Assembly (NCBI GenBank): GCA_016176415.1
Contig: JACOXH010000010.1
Location: 4,247-68,246, forward strand
Direction: 5' to 3'
From: Candidatus Daviesbacteria bacterium
GTDB taxonomy: Bacteria > Patescibacteriota > Microgenomatia > Daviesbacterales > UBA10151
DNA: 64,000 nt
Shown: positions 10,029 through 19,611 of the stretch, one piece after another
Layout of the letters: each line of letters starts with the position of its first letter
Numbering within the stretch: the first letter of the stretch is position 1
Translations under genes and position numbers: made by a program
Notes under the pieces: generated by a model
What the model was told of the DNA's origin: nothing
The model's database searches: none
What the model saw: the letters and a program-made list of their open reading frames with translations, nothing else

Positions 10029-11078
10029 ATGAACTTAATTTTTCCTGCCATAATTTCTTTTATACTGACCGCAATCTCTGTTCCCTTCACCATCACTCTT
10101 GCTAAAAAAGCAAAACTGATTGATAACCCTAAAATAAGACCTCATCCTGCTCATACACAGCAAAGAATCGTACCGAGAGCCGGCGGGCTGGCCATTTTTT
10201 TAGGTTTGGCTATTACCACATTACTGTTTATGCCTTTGGGTAAAACTGTTACCGCTATTTTAATCTCTACCCTGCTGCTGCTGATCGTCGGTCTTTTTGA
10301 CGATAAATATCATAATTTCTCTCCATACTTGCGCCTGCTGGCTCAATTTATAGCGGCCGCCATTATTGTTTTAGGCGGCGTCAGCGTCAAATTTATCACT
10401 AACCCCTTCGGAGGTATTATCTTTTTTGAAAGTATTCCTTTGCTGCCGCAAATCCTGACATTAATATGGATTGTTTGGGTGATGAATATGATCAACTGGT
10501 CAAAAGGGGTAGACGGACAAATGCCCGGCATTATTACTGTTGCTGCCATAATCTTAGGACTTTTATCCCTTAAATTGAATATATCTAACGACCCCGGCCA
10601 GATTATGGTAGCTAAACTTTCATTTATCACTGCTGCTTCAGCGTTTGCTTTTTTGCTTTTTAATTGGCATCCTGCCAAAATATTCCCTGGTTTTTCCGGA
10701 TCGGCAGTTTCAGGATTTATGATTGCAGTTTTGGCTATTTTATCAGGAGGGAAACTGGCCACAGCAGGATTGGTATTACTTATCCCCGCCACTGATTTTG
10801 CCTATACTTTTTTTAGAAGAATACTTGAAGGTAAATCTCCGGTCTGGGGCGACAGAGGACATTTGCACCATAAAATGCTTAAAGCTGGTCTTTCCCATCA
10901 ACAAATAGCCTTGTTTTACATTTTGGGAAGTGCTATTCTGGGTGCAGCAGCGTTAAGTTTGTCCTCACAAGGCAAACTCTTTGCAGCTATTTTAGTTGGA
11001 ATAGTTATTTTCGGAGGTATTTTATGGTTACACTTTTTTGGGGAATTGCAAAAGCGGCCCGCCCCAGACAATGGATAA
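10029..11078 (+). CDS. Polyprenyl-phosphate sugar-1-phosphate transferase (MraY/WecA, GT4 family)
   Basis: About 10 TM helices, with FDDKY and NMINWSKGVDGQ (the N..N..DG.DG motif) and a HHKM segment. Confidence 0.75.
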   Translation: MNLIFPAIISFILTAISVPFTITLAKKAKLIDNPKIRPHPAHTQQRIVPRAGGLAIFLGLAITTLLFMPLGKTVTAILISTLLLLIVGLFDDKYHNFSPYLRLLAQFIAAAIIVLGGVSVKFITNPFGGIIFFESIPLLPQILTLIWIVWVMNMINWSKGVDGQMPGIITVAAIILGLLSLKLNISNDPGQIMVAKLSFITAASAFAFLLFNWHPAKIFPGFSGSAVSGFMIAVLAILSGGKLATAGLVLLIPATDFAYTFFRRILEGKSPVWGDRGHLHHKMLKAGLSHQQIALFYILGSAILGAAALSLSSQGKLFAAILVGIVIFGGILWLHFFGELQKRPAPDNG

Positions 11079-11956
11079 AAAATTTTGCTATTTTTGCAGC
11101 TTTAATTTTTTCCGGAACGCTTTTAGACCCTACCAATCAGCTTAAAACTCTGTCAGCATTTGTACTTTTTTGCATCTTTTCGTCTGCCACTTATTTTTTA
11201 AATGACGTTTTTGATATTAAACGCGATAAGCTTCATCCCTTTAAAAGAAAGCGGCCCATCGCTTCAGGCTTAGTACCCGTACCTTTGGCAGTTGGACTGG
11301 CTTTGACAGCTATAGCTGTTTTTCTGCCGCTATCCTACCAACTGTCACCCGCCTTTTTCTTTGCTGCCTTAACTTATTTACTTTTACAACTGGCTTATTC
11401 CTCATACCTTAAACAGGTTATCTTAGTTGACGTATTAGTTATTGCAGCAGGCTTTGTTTTAAGGGTATATGCAGGAGTTTGGGCAATTGATGCGCATTTG
11501 AATGTCTGGTTTTTACTCTCTGTCACCAGTTTTGCTCTTTTTTTGGCTATCGGAAAAAGAAGATCAGAAAGAACCCTAATGGAATCTCAGGCATCAAAGC
11601 ACAGGGAAACCCTGCTGCATTATCCGGAAAACCTGCTGGATTCTTTAACTACTATGTTTGCCAACTCCAGCTGGCTGACCTATGCTTTTTTTGCCTTCCT
11701 ACAGCCACCCATTCAGGCACGGTATGTTGTCTCCCGGTTCTTAGGCGGTATTGAAATACCCTTTGCCGAAGCCAAATACTTAATGGCCACAGTACCATTG
11801 GTAATCTATGGTGTTATGAGGTACTTATACATTATCTATGAAAAAAAGGAGGGAGAGTCCCCTGAACGGGTTATCCTTACAGATACCCCTTTACTTGTAG
11901 CAGTATTGATCTGGATTACAATGATAGTGGGTATTATCTATTATCTGGGAGCATAA
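11024..11956 (+). CDS. UbiA-family prenyltransferase, decaprenyl-phosphate phosphoribosyltransferase-like
   Basis: N-terminus KAARPRQWIKNFAIFAALIFSG, Asp-rich motif NDVFDIKRDKLHP, and a multi-TM body. The 55-nt overlap with the upstream gene makes the exact start uncertain. Confidence 0.7.
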   Translation: MVTLFWGIAKAARPRQWIKNFAIFAALIFSGTLLDPTNQLKTLSAFVLFCIFSSATYFLNDVFDIKRDKLHPFKRKRPIASGLVPVPLAVGLALTAIAVFLPLSYQLSPAFFFAALTYLLLQLAYSSYLKQVILVDVLVIAAGFVLRVYAGVWAIDAHLNVWFLLSVTSFALFLAIGKRRSERTLMESQASKHRETLLHYPENLLDSLTTMFANSSWLTYAFFAFLQPPIQARYVVSRFLGGIEIPFAEAKYLMATVPLVIYGVMRYLYIIYEKKEGESPERVILTDTPLLVAVLIWITMIVGIIYYLGA

Positions 11957-12005
11957 TAATATTTGTTGGGTTGTTTGCCACTTTAATCTTTAGTAAAATC
12001 CGTGT

Positions 12006-12659
12006 ATGGAAAAGGGCGCTTTTCAAAAACTTGAAGATTTTTTCTCAAAAAATAAAAAAATATCCTACAAAAAAGGTGAGACTATTATCCGTCCCGACGA
12101 ACCTGTCTACAATATTTACTACCTCAGCAAAGGCTATACCCGTTTGTATTCCATATCTAAAAATGCCCAGGAATTAACTTTCATCATATATAAACCTGAA
12201 GATTTTTTCCCTTTAATCCCTGCAGTCAACAAGACAACAGCTTCTTATTATACTGAAGCAATGACTCCTGTAGAGGTTTATCCTGTTTCTAAAGATGAAT
12301 TTATGAAATTTATTACACAAAACAGTGATGTTTTACTGGAAATTACCAAACGCACATTAACCCGTTTTAGCGGAGTTTTAACCAGAATGGAGTATGCTAT
12401 GTTCGGTAACGCCGGAAGTAAAGTAGCTTCTATTATTTTAATTTGTGTTGACCGTTTTGGGGTAAAACACCCATTGGGTATTTTTATCCCTGTCCCTTTA
12501 ACACATCAGGATATTGCTAACCTTTTGGGAATTGCCCGCGAGACTGTCAGTATTGAGATGAAAAAATTGGAAAATCTGGATTTAATTGATTACCAGGGCA
12601 AAAATATGATTGTAAAAAGTGTTGACAAGCTCAAAGAACACTCGGTAATTGGCGCATAG
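12006..12659 (+). CDS. Crp/Fnr-family transcriptional regulator
   Basis: cNMP-binding beta-barrel N-domain plus a C-terminal HTH (THQDIANLLGIARETVSIEMKKLE). Confidence 0.8.
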   Translation: MEKGAFQKLEDFFSKNKKISYKKGETIIRPDEPVYNIYYLSKGYTRLYSISKNAQELTFIIYKPEDFFPLIPAVNKTTASYYTEAMTPVEVYPVSKDEFMKFITQNSDVLLEITKRTLTRFSGVLTRMEYAMFGNAGSKVASIILICVDRFGVKHPLGIFIPVPLTHQDIANLLGIARETVSIEMKKLENLDLIDYQGKNMIVKSVDKLKEHSVIGA

Positions 12660-12678
12660 TTTACACAGTAATGCGATC

Positions 12679-13098
12679 TTAAGCTGCCTTAATTTCTTCA
12701 TAACCGGTAAAGCCCGGCCGCATCAATGATGTAAAAAATAAAGTGCGTACAGAATCATCATTGCGAATTCCGAAAACTTCTTCGGCAGCAATAGTTAAAG
12801 TCATCCTGCTCTCTGCTATAATTTGCTCTTCCGAATCATCTCTTAAAACAGTAAACTGACTTCCCGCCGGAAAAGTAAGAGTTTCTGTCCATCCGGCTTC
12901 CCTCGTATGTAAATGCAGGGGGATACTGCCTCCCGGCAATACCTTTAAAGCCATTAAAGTAAATCGTGGTATACTTGAACCAACAGGATCTATTTTTTCG
13001 CGTAGTATTTTGAGAAAAACTCTCTCATAAGGAGCTTCTTCCCAAATTATACCCTCCCAGCTGTATGGCAAGGGAATCTCCTGCTCTCTTTCAAACAT
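12679..13098 (-). CDS. Cupin-like small protein, function unknown
   Basis: The segment LKVLPGGSIPLHLHTREAGWTETLTFPAG resembles cupin motif 1. No other recognisable motif. Confidence 0.4.
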   Translation of the reverse strand: MFEREQEIPLPYSWEGIIWEEAPYERVFLKILREKIDPVGSSIPRFTLMALKVLPGGSIPLHLHTREAGWTETLTFPAGSQFTVLRDDSEEQIIAESRMTLTIAAEEVFGIRNDDSVRTLFFTSLMRPGFTGYEEIKAA

Positions 13099-13151
13099 TT
13101 CTCTGTGAGTATACAGTTATGGTATAAGTTTTTGCAAGTTTTTGCTTCTAC

Positions 13152-13973
13152 TTAAGGTTTTTTCTTTTCTACATAAGTCACTGATACAAAACCTTCAGTG
13201 CCATCAGCCAAACGCACCCTATCCCAAGCTCCCTGCTCCTCCAACAGCACCAATATATCTCCTGGTTTAACTTGCGCTATTTCTTTACCTGATAAATTTG
13301 GTTTATCCCGTACCCTTAAAAAACCGGTCGGTGTTTGTTTGACTGACACCTCAGCTGTTTGAGTAATAACAGGCGTAGCCACACTAGTTAAATCAGCTTC
13401 AGATAAAGCCAAATCTACCGATACAGCCAGATTAAAACCTGGTGGCAAATTTGCCCTTATACTTCTTTTCAGGTAATTGGTATTACTAACTAAAAGAGTA
13501 TGTTCGCCTGCTTCCAAATCAACCGAGAGGGGAGTTTTGCCTAATACCTTCCCATCTACCTCTACATCAGCTCCTGTGGGATTTGATATCACTGTAATAC
13601 CTTTGCCCTTTTCCAAAGTAAGAATCTCTCCTGCTCCTGACTGAAGATCTGAAACTAAATCTCTGTTTACTACAGTTACTACTCCTGCAGTTAGTTGAAT
13701 TTTTCTCTCCCAAATAGCTTTGTCTTTTTGAATTTTTACTGTATAAGTTTTTACGTCAAGATTTTTTGTTTCGTATGGCGTCTTACCAACTTCTTCGTTA
13801 TCTAAATAAACTATAGCCTCAGATGGTTGAGATAAAACAGAAATACCGCTTGTTTGTTTAATACCTAAAAAAGTTTCAGCCCACTTGCTACTGAAGCGCA
13901 GAAGCAGCGCTGTCAGACTGATTAAAACTAAAATCCAAATTAAAGTTTTCTTCATCAAAATAATATTATACAC
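13152..13973 (-). CDS. Membrane-anchored PEGA-repeat / SH3b-domain protein
   Basis: N-terminal TM anchor, two PEGA-like repeats (VLSQPSEAIVYLDNEEVGKTPYE and VISNPTGADVEVDGKVLGKTPLS), and a C-terminal SH3b-like segment (LRVRDKPNLSGKEIAQVKPGD...WDRVRLADGTEGFV). Confidence 0.7.
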   Translation of the reverse strand: MYNIILMKKTLIWILVLISLTALLLRFSSKWAETFLGIKQTSGISVLSQPSEAIVYLDNEEVGKTPYETKNLDVKTYTVKIQKDKAIWERKIQLTAGVVTVVNRDLVSDLQSGAGEILTLEKGKGITVISNPTGADVEVDGKVLGKTPLSVDLEAGEHTLLVSNTNYLKRSIRANLPPGFNLAVSVDLALSEADLTSVATPVITQTAEVSVKQTPTGFLRVRDKPNLSGKEIAQVKPGDILVLLEEQGAWDRVRLADGTEGFVSVTYVEKKKP

Positions 13974-14041
13974 TCCCCGCTTAGTTTACTTGGGGGTCAA
14001 AATGTGCTATTATACGCACTTGATTCTCAAGACCTTAGAAA

Positions 14042-14680
14042 GTGTTCTTTAAAGGTCAAAACCTTCTGCCTAGGATAGTTTTCGACAGGGAAGCCCTAAT
14101 TCGAAAATTGTCTAAAATCAAGTCAAGGTTCCCCAGGCGGTTTCAACGACTTGCAATAATTTCTTTAGTACTGTTTACTCTATCAGGTTACTACCCAACC
14201 TTTTCTATCCCTCCTGTAAGAAAAGCTGCAGTTTATGCACAGCTACAGGAGCAAAAAGGAGAGGTGGTTGCAGCCTCTTTTTCCAAACCTTTGAGTTTGC
14301 CTCATCCCGGGTATTTAACAACCAGATATTCTCCATGGCATCCCGGTGTAGATATTGCTGCAGGTTTGGGTATGCCAATTCATCCCATCACAGAAGGGGA
14401 AGTTTCATTTGTTGGAAGAGATTTATTTGGTTTGGGAAACTATATTGAAGTAACTCATCAAAATGGTTTCAAATCAAAATATGCTCACTTGGGTAGAATG
14501 TTTGTTAAAACAGGACAAAAAATCACTTCAGAAAATACTCTGGGGGAAGTAGGTTTAACAGGTAATACTTCAGGACCTCATACACATTTGGAGGTTACTT
14601 TAAACAATAAATACATTGACCCATTACCACTTTTACCTGAAATATCAAACATGCCTGTTAGTGTTGCCATCAGGAGATGA
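14042..14680 (+). CDS. M23-family peptidoglycan endopeptidase
   Basis: GTG start and a TM anchor. Motifs HPGVDIAAGLGMPIHPITEGEV and GNTSGPHTHLEV (HxxxD and HxH). Confidence 0.85.
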   Translation: MFFKGQNLLPRIVFDREALIRKLSKIKSRFPRRFQRLAIISLVLFTLSGYYPTFSIPPVRKAAVYAQLQEQKGEVVAASFSKPLSLPHPGYLTTRYSPWHPGVDIAAGLGMPIHPITEGEVSFVGRDLFGLGNYIEVTHQNGFKSKYAHLGRMFVKTGQKITSENTLGEVGLTGNTSGPHTHLEVTLNNKYIDPLPLLPEISNMPVSVAIRR

Positions 14681-15263
14681 TTTCACCTTCTACCTCAGTT
14701 AAAGTGGCCCCTCTTAAACCAAATTGTTCTCTTTCTCTATTGATCAACCTTTCCAGCAAGTTTTTAAGTTCTAAAGGATAATCTACAAATTTCAAAGCTA
14801 TTTCTCCTTTATTTAAACCTGCAGTATTAATAATGATGGTGCCGTGGTGTAAAAACAGACGGTCCATAATCCCCTGATCAACTTCAAGGTGAGTAATTTT
14901 GTCAAAAAGCGCAGCTGTAAGTTTAACTCCAAAAATCCCTTTTTTAATAATTACTCTTCTTGTGGTAAGCAGGTATCTATTGGAATGATACAGATGAAGC
15001 GTCTTAAGTGCTGATGATAGAATCATTCCTCCCAGTCCCAAAATCAAAGCCCATACTTTATCCAGCCCCAACAACCAACCCAATCCTAAACCCAAACCTA
15101 AAAATATAATCCCGGGGAAAAGTAAGTAAATAATAAAGTTAGATCTGACATATGCAGAAGAAAACCCGGTCACCAAAACCAGCTCTTCATCTTCAGAAAG
15201 GTATTTTTTAAAAGAGGTAGTCTGCTTTTGAGTAGGAGATTCCCGGTAGTGAAACTTCGCCAT
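14670..15263 (-). CDS. Membrane protein with bacterial PH (bPH_2/YdbT-like) domain
   Basis: Two TM helices followed by LLTTRRVIIKKGIFGVKLTAALFDKITHLEVDQGIMDRLF..GTIIINTAG. Confidence 0.6.
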   Translation of the reverse strand: MAKFHYRESPTQKQTTSFKKYLSEDEELVLVTGFSSAYVRSNFIIYLLFPGIIFLGLGLGLGWLLGLDKVWALILGLGGMILSSALKTLHLYHSNRYLLTTRRVIIKKGIFGVKLTAALFDKITHLEVDQGIMDRLFLHHGTIIINTAGLNKGEIALKFVDYPLELKNLLERLINREREQFGLRGATLTEVEGEIIS

Positions 15264-15284
15264 TACTGCTATTGTAGCAGATGC

Positions 15285-16901
15285 TTAATATTCAGGCATG
15301 CCGCCGTGAGGTGGGGCTGGAGGAGCAGGTGGTTCTGGTTTATCGCTGATCAGGCAATTTGTTGTCATCACCATTACTGCTACTGACGCAGCGTTCTGAA
15401 GGGCTGATCTTGTTACCTTCACAGGATCAATTACTCCTGCTTTAACTAAGTCTTTAACTTGTTCGTCCATTACATCAATACCCATGTCACCTGAGACTGC
15501 CATTACTTTTGATAAGGCAATCCCGTCATCCATCCCTGCATTTTTAACCAGCATTCTGAAAGGTTGTTCCAAAGCTTTTTTAACTATCTCTACTCCAATT
15601 TTTTCTTCACCGTCAAGCTTCACTGCATCCAAAGCTTTTCCTGCTCTAAGCAGGGCCACCTCTCCTCCCGGCACAATTCCTTCTTCTATAGCTGCTTTTG
15701 TGGCTGCCACTGCATCAATTACTCTTTCTTTTTTCTCTTTAAGTTCAACTTCTGTGGCTGCTCCTACATTAATAACTGCTACCCCACCAGTCAGTTTTGC
15801 CAGTCTTTCCTGTAATTTTTCTTTATCAAATTCGCTGTCAGAAGAGGATAACTCTCTTCTTATTTGAGCAACTCTTGCATCAATTTTGGCCTTTGCTCCT
15901 TTACCATCCACAATTAAAGTATTGTCTTTGTTGGAAGTAATTCTGCCTGCCCTGCCTAACTCATCTATTTCTACAGATTCCAGTTTTCTGCCTGTATCCT
16001 CTGAAAGCACCATACCATCAGTAAGGATAGCAATATCCTCCAGCATTTCTTTTCTTCTGTCACCAAATCCGGGGGCTTTAACAGCCAAAACATTAAATGT
16101 TCCTCTTAATTTGTTAACAACCAAAAGGGCCAAAGCTTCACCTTCGACCTCGTCAGCAATAATCACCAAACTCTTGGAAACAGCCACAAATTTCTCAAGG
16201 AAGGGAACTAAATCAGCAGCAGAAGAGATCTTTTTATCAGTAATCAGAATGTATGGATCCTCTATAGAAGCTTCCATTTTGTCTGAATCTGTTACAAAAT
16301 AAGCAGAAACAAAGCCTTTATCAAACTCCATGCCTTCTTTATAGTCTACTGTCATTTCCATAGCCTTGCCTTCTTCCACTGTGACTACCCCGTCTTTGCC
16401 GACTTTTTGCAAAGCTTCTGCTATTAAATTGCCAATTTGCGAGTCAGCTGCAGAAATAGTAGCAACTTGCGCCACTTCTTCTTGAGAGACAATTTTCTTG
16501 CTCATCTTTTTAAGTTCTGCCACTAAAACTGAAACTGTCTGTTCAATGCCTTTTTTCAAAATCATGGGGTTGGAACCAGCTTGTATATTTTTCAAAGCTT
16601 CTGTCACAATTGCTTTTGCCAAAACTGTAGCTGTTGTTGTACCATCTCCTGCCACATCTGCTGTTTTGGAAGCTGCTTCTTTTAAAAGCTGGGCTCCCAT
16701 GTTTTCAAAAGGATCCTCAAGATCAATTTCTTTGGCAACAGTTACACCATCATGAACCACATTAGGAGCTCCCCACTTTTTATCCAGAGCCACATTGCGC
16801 CCTTTTGGACCCAAGGTCGTTGCCACAGCCTCTGTTAAGGTATTAATACCTTTCAGTAATGCCTCTCTTGCTTGTGAATCAAATTTTAAGATTTTACTCA
16901 T
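15285..16901 (-). CDS. groL: Chaperonin GroEL
   Basis: [52 protein letters not shown], and a Pro/Gly/Met C-tail. The start is set at the ATG at 16899-16901. The 36 extra codons in the track ORF read through a repeat element. Confidence 0.97.
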   Translation of the reverse strand: MSKILKFDSQAREALLKGINTLTEAVATTLGPKGRNVALDKKWGAPNVVHDGVTVAKEIDLEDPFENMGAQLLKEAASKTADVAGDGTTTATVLAKAIVTEALKNIQAGSNPMILKKGIEQTVSVLVAELKKMSKKIVSQEEVAQVATISAADSQIGNLIAEALQKVGKDGVVTVEEGKAMEMTVDYKEGMEFDKGFVSAYFVTDSDKMEASIEDPYILITDKKISSAADLVPFLEKFVAVSKSLVIIADEVEGEALALLVVNKLRGTFNVLAVKAPGFGDRRKEMLEDIAILTDGMVLSEDTGRKLESVEIDELGRAGRITSNKDNTLIVDGKGAKAKIDARVAQIRRELSSSDSEFDKEKLQERLAKLTGGVAVINVGAATEVELKEKKERVIDAVAATKAAIEEGIVPGGEVALLRAGKALDAVKLDGEEKIGVEIVKKALEQPFRMLVKNAGMDDGIALSKVMAVSGDMGIDVMDEQVKDLVKAGVIDPVKVTRSALQNAASVAVMVMTTNCLISDKPEPPAPPAPPHGGMPEY

Positions 16902-16915
16902 TTTTTCTTCTTTTT

Positions 16916-17035
16916 TTGTCATTCTGAACGAAGTGAAGAATCTCTGAACTTGTTTCAGTTCCCACTCGCATTCGCGAGAGATCCTTCGGCTAAAGAGCGA
17001 AGCTCGCAAGCTTGCTTATCGCCTCAGGATGACAA
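16916..17035. mobile_element. Full-length 120-bp MITE-like palindromic element (family A) filling the groES-groEL spacer
   Basis: Left end TTGTCATTCTGAACGAAGTGAAGAATCTC. Internal mini-hairpins GAACTtgtttCAGTT and CTCGCattcGCGAG. Right end AGATCCTTCGG...CGCCTCAGGATGACAA. The two ends are imperfect inverted repeats (GTCATYCYGA...GRATCTC). The same architecture occurs at 33897-34040 and 40352-40441. Confidence 0.6.
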
Positions 17036-17042
17036 TGGAGGG

Positions 17043-17360
17043 TTACTCCAAAATTGCCATCAAGTCATCGAATTTTACAAGCTTTAATTCCTTGCCGTCA
17101 ACTTTTATTTCATCTCCGCCCCATTTTTTATAGACCACTTTATCTCCCACTTTCACCGGGCATTTCATTGTTTTACCACCATCCAACAACATATCATCAC
17201 CACAAACTACTACATTACCTTGTGCTGGTTTTTCCTGAGCTGATTCAGGCAAAATAATTCCTGAAGCAGTTTTTGATTCTGCTTCTGAGGGCTCAACCAA
17301 CACATAACCCATAAGGGGCTTGATGGAAATTTTTGAACTTGTATTCTTTTGTCTTGCCAT
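17043..17360 (-). CDS. groS: Co-chaperonin GroES
   Basis: IKPLMGYVLVEP, GIILPESAQEKPAQGNVV and the mobile-loop pattern. It lies upstream of groEL. Confidence 0.93.
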   Translation of the reverse strand: MARQKNTSSKISIKPLMGYVLVEPSEAESKTASGIILPESAQEKPAQGNVVVCGDDMLLDGGKTMKCPVKVGDKVVYKKWGGDEIKVDGKELKLVKFDDLMAILE

Positions 17361-17407
17361 ATTGGAATTTTAAGAGGACAGTACTGGAGAAGATACCAAA
17401 ACTAGCA

Positions 17408-18292
17408 CTACTTGTCAAGAGTTGCTAGTTTCAGCCTTTGGCGGTATTCGCTTAAGACTTTTTCTCTGCAATCATTGGGATGGAAATATAAAGCGCCTTC
17501 TTCTATCCGTTCCATCCCTTGTGGTTTTCGCATAATTTTTAATTGAAACCATTTGGCTAAATTTTCTATTAAATCAAAACTTTTGAATTTTGAATTGTAT
17601 TTTTGACTTTTGACTTTTGACTTTTGACTTTGACAACTTATCCAATTAGGCAGATACTTAAATACCCATTCATTATCAGCAAGATACCTTGAATAAACTC
17701 CGTCTCTTTGCCATAAAGGTCTCATTTGTAAAACCTCGTGAGCAACAAAAATATCTTTATTCTTTTGTTCCAATCTATCTTCTTCCAGTAAAATATTAAG
17801 GCATAACTTTCCTGCAATTCCTCTGCCTTTATCAATTCTTTTTCTTCTTTGTGAAACCAGAGACAACAACCCTATTACCAATAGTCTGCTTATCCAAAGC
17901 CTGTTTTTACCCGTTATAATAAACAGATCTATATCATCACTTTTACCTGCATTATTCATAGCCAACCCTCCTGAAACTCCCACCAGTTTAATCCAGGGGA
18001 CAACTTTTAAAATATAAGAGAGCATTTTTGCTTTTTGAAAATAAGCTTCTGATTGTTTTTCTGCCCTTTTTCTTCTTGCAACCAACCCGTTTTGATTCTT
18101 CAGAAAAAAATATCTCCCCTGACTCTTGATTCTTGACTCTTGACTCTGAATTGCTTTCTCTATCTGCCTTAGCGTGCTCCTTTTTCCTACCAACCACTTA
18201 TGAATCTCGTTAATTTTTAAAGGGTAATTAAAAATACCCGCATAGATTAGAGTTTTTAATATAGCTTTTTCCATAATCGTATATAATATCAA
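17408..18292 (-). CDS. Nucleotidyltransferase-fold protein, function unknown
   Basis: GVSGGLAMNNAGKSDDIDLFIIT matches the G[SG]...DxD pol-beta-like NTase motif. It carries two repeat-encoded low-complexity patches (SQESRIKSQG and SQKSKVKSQKYNSKFKSF). Confidence 0.55.
   Translation of the reverse strand: MILYTIMEKAILKTLIYAGIFNYPLKINEIHKWLVGKRSTLRQIEKAIQSQESRIKSQGRYFFLKNQNGLVARRKRAEKQSEAYFQKAKMLSYILKVVPWIKLVGVSGGLAMNNAGKSDDIDLFIITGKNRLWISRLLVIGLLSLVSQRRKRIDKGRGIAGKLCLNILLEEDRLEQKNKDIFVAHEVLQMRPLWQRDGVYSRYLADNEWVFKYLPNWISCQSQKSKVKSQKYNSKFKSFDLIENLAKWFQLKIMRKPQGMERIEEGALYFHPNDCREKVLSEYRQRLKLATLDK
17581..17634. repeat. Tandem heptamer run (TTTTGAA x2, then TTTTGAC about x5) inside a CDS
   Basis: Read directly: ttttgaattttgaattgtatttttgacttttgacttttgacttttgactttgac. 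It is translated on the minus strand as SQKSKVKSQKYNSKFKSF. Confidence 0.8.
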
Positions 18293-18294
18293 TC

Positions 18295-19269
18295 GTGCTT
18301 AAATTTCAAGACAGATATCCATTAAAGAACCTAACTACCTTACAGATTGGTGGTCCTGCTAAAAAATTTGTAATAATTTCTTCTGAAAAAGAGCTTATTG
18401 AGGCAATTAAATTTGCCAAGCAACAGAATTTACCATTTTTGATAATTGGCGGTGGTAGTAATTTATTAGTATCTGATGAAGGCTTTGAAGGATTAATTAT
18501 TAAAAATGAGATTACAGGCATATCCACCTTCCAGGAGTCTCCCTCGACTTCGCTCGGGACAAGAAAGCCCACCTGGAAGGTGTCTGTTAAAAGCGGTACT
18601 GTTTTGCAAGATCTTGTAAACTTTGCAGATGAAAAAGGATTATCAGGACTACAGGATTTAGCTGGAATCCCAGGTACTTTAGGAGGAGCTGTATTTGGTA
18701 ATGCCGGAGCTTACGGCCAGACAATTTCAGATCATTTAGTCTCTGTTAAAACTTTAAATATTAACAATTTAGCAATAGAACAATTTAGCAATAACACTTG
18801 TCAGTTTGAATACCGAAGTAGCATCTTCAAAAAGAACCATTATGTTATTCTGGAAGCCACTTTTTTACTTAAGAAAAATGGTGTTGAGTCTTTAAAAGAA
18901 GAATCTAGTAACATCTTAACTAAAAGGGCAGTCAAATATCCTCCAGGTATTAAATGTCCCGGATCTTTTTTCAAAAATCTGGTAGTAGCTGATTTGCCTA
19001 AAGAAGTTTTGAGCAAAATTCCCCCGGAAAAAATTGTTTATGGCAAAGTGCCGGCAGGATCACTTTTGGAAGAAGCAGGAGCCAGAGGAGCAAGTTTAGG
19101 AGGAATAGAAATAGCAGACTATCATGCTAATTTATTTATAAATAAAGGGGAGGGCACTGCCAAAGATTTTTATAATTTAGCCAAAAAATATGCTTTAAAA
19201 GTTAAAGAAAAATTTGTCGTCACCCTTGAGCCCGAAGTTCAGCTAATTAACCTACCTCCACTAAACTAG
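18295..19269 (+). CDS. murB: UDP-N-acetylenolpyruvoylglucosamine reductase
   Basis: GTG start. Motifs LKNLTTLQIGGPAKKFV, LIIGGGSNLLVSDEGF, AGIPGTLGGAVFGNAGAYG and C-terminal EPEVQLI. Confidence 0.9.
   Translation: MLKFQDRYPLKNLTTLQIGGPAKKFVIISSEKELIEAIKFAKQQNLPFLIIGGGSNLLVSDEGFEGLIIKNEITGISTFQESPSTSLGTRKPTWKVSVKSGTVLQDLVNFADEKGLSGLQDLAGIPGTLGGAVFGNAGAYGQTISDHLVSVKTLNINNLAIEQFSNNTCQFEYRSSIFKKNHYVILEATFLLKKNGVESLKEESSNILTKRAVKYPPGIKCPGSFFKNLVVADLPKEVLSKIPPEKIVYGKVPAGSLLEEAGARGASLGGIEIADYHANLFINKGEGTAKDFYNLAKKYALKVKEKFVVTLEPEVQLINLPPLN
18535..18592. repeat. Palindromic element (family C) inside murB
   Basis: A perfect 11-bp inverted repeat, CACCTTCCAGG (18535-18545) and CCTGGAAGGTG (18582-18592), encloses 36 nt. 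The same arms occur in tsaD at 30397-30430 with a 12-nt loop. Confidence 0.75.
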
Positions 19270-19611
19270 ATTGCCACGCCCCCTTGGGGCTCGCAATGAC
19301 GAAAGATGGGTAAGTTGATAAATTTCAAGTGGGATTTCTTCATAAGGATGAGCGGCTTTTACTGCAGCCACTACTGCTTTAACTTTGTTACCCTCACAAA
19401 TTACCTCTATCCTTTCTTCCTCAACTTCTTCTAATTTTCCTACTTCCCCTATTGCTGGTTTTGCTCCCTCCCCAGGGATAAACCTGCCTATTCCTTTAAC
19501 AGAAAAAGAAGCATGAGTATAATTTCCTAAAACCCCTGCACCTGCATCTCCCATAGCCTGCCTGACTTTACCAGCATCCTGTATTGGCACAAAAGTGATT
19601 ATTTTAAACAT
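19261..19611 (-). CDS. Stand-alone Nif3/YqfO-type PII-like insert-domain protein
   Basis: MFKIITFVPIQDAGKVRQAMGDAGAGVLGNYTHASFSVKGIGRFIPGEGAKPAIGEVGKLEEVEEERIEVI...HPYEEIPLEIYQL matches the conserved insert domain of the Nif3 (YbgI/YqfO) family. The last 13 or so codons are supplied by a repeat fragment. Confidence 0.6.
   Translation of the reverse strand: MFKIITFVPIQDAGKVRQAMGDAGAGVLGNYTHASFSVKGIGRFIPGEGAKPAIGEVGKLEEVEEERIEVICEGNKVKAVVAAVKAAHPYEEIPLEIYQLTHLSSLRAPRGRGNLV
19269..19300 (-). repeat. Family-A-related repeat fragment (GTCATTGCGAGC variant)
   Basis: The minus strand reads GTCATTGCGAGCCCCAAGGGGGCGTGGCAATC. It overlaps the murB stop and forms the C-terminus (SSLRAPRGRGNLV) of the convergent gene. 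Confidence 0.5.

Noticed and set aside
10343-10792. 149-aa minus-strand ORF, with the 153-aa ORF at 24490-24951 and the 129-aa ORF at 40528-40917
   Set aside because: Each lies entirely antisense within a well-supported gene (the GT4 transferase, ahcY and the Wzy_C-like gene). None has a motif or start context.
15484-16755. Four plus-strand ORFs (127, 83, 138 and 85 aa) inside groEL
   Set aside because: They are antisense to a highly conserved gene. Their S/P/A/F-rich low-complexity translations are typical of shadow ORFs.
16902-17009. 36-codon N-terminal extension of the groEL ORF ([36 protein letters not shown])
   Set aside because: It is the translation of the family-A repeat element in the groES-groEL spacer. 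Canonical GroEL begins at MSKILKF (ATG at 16899-16901).
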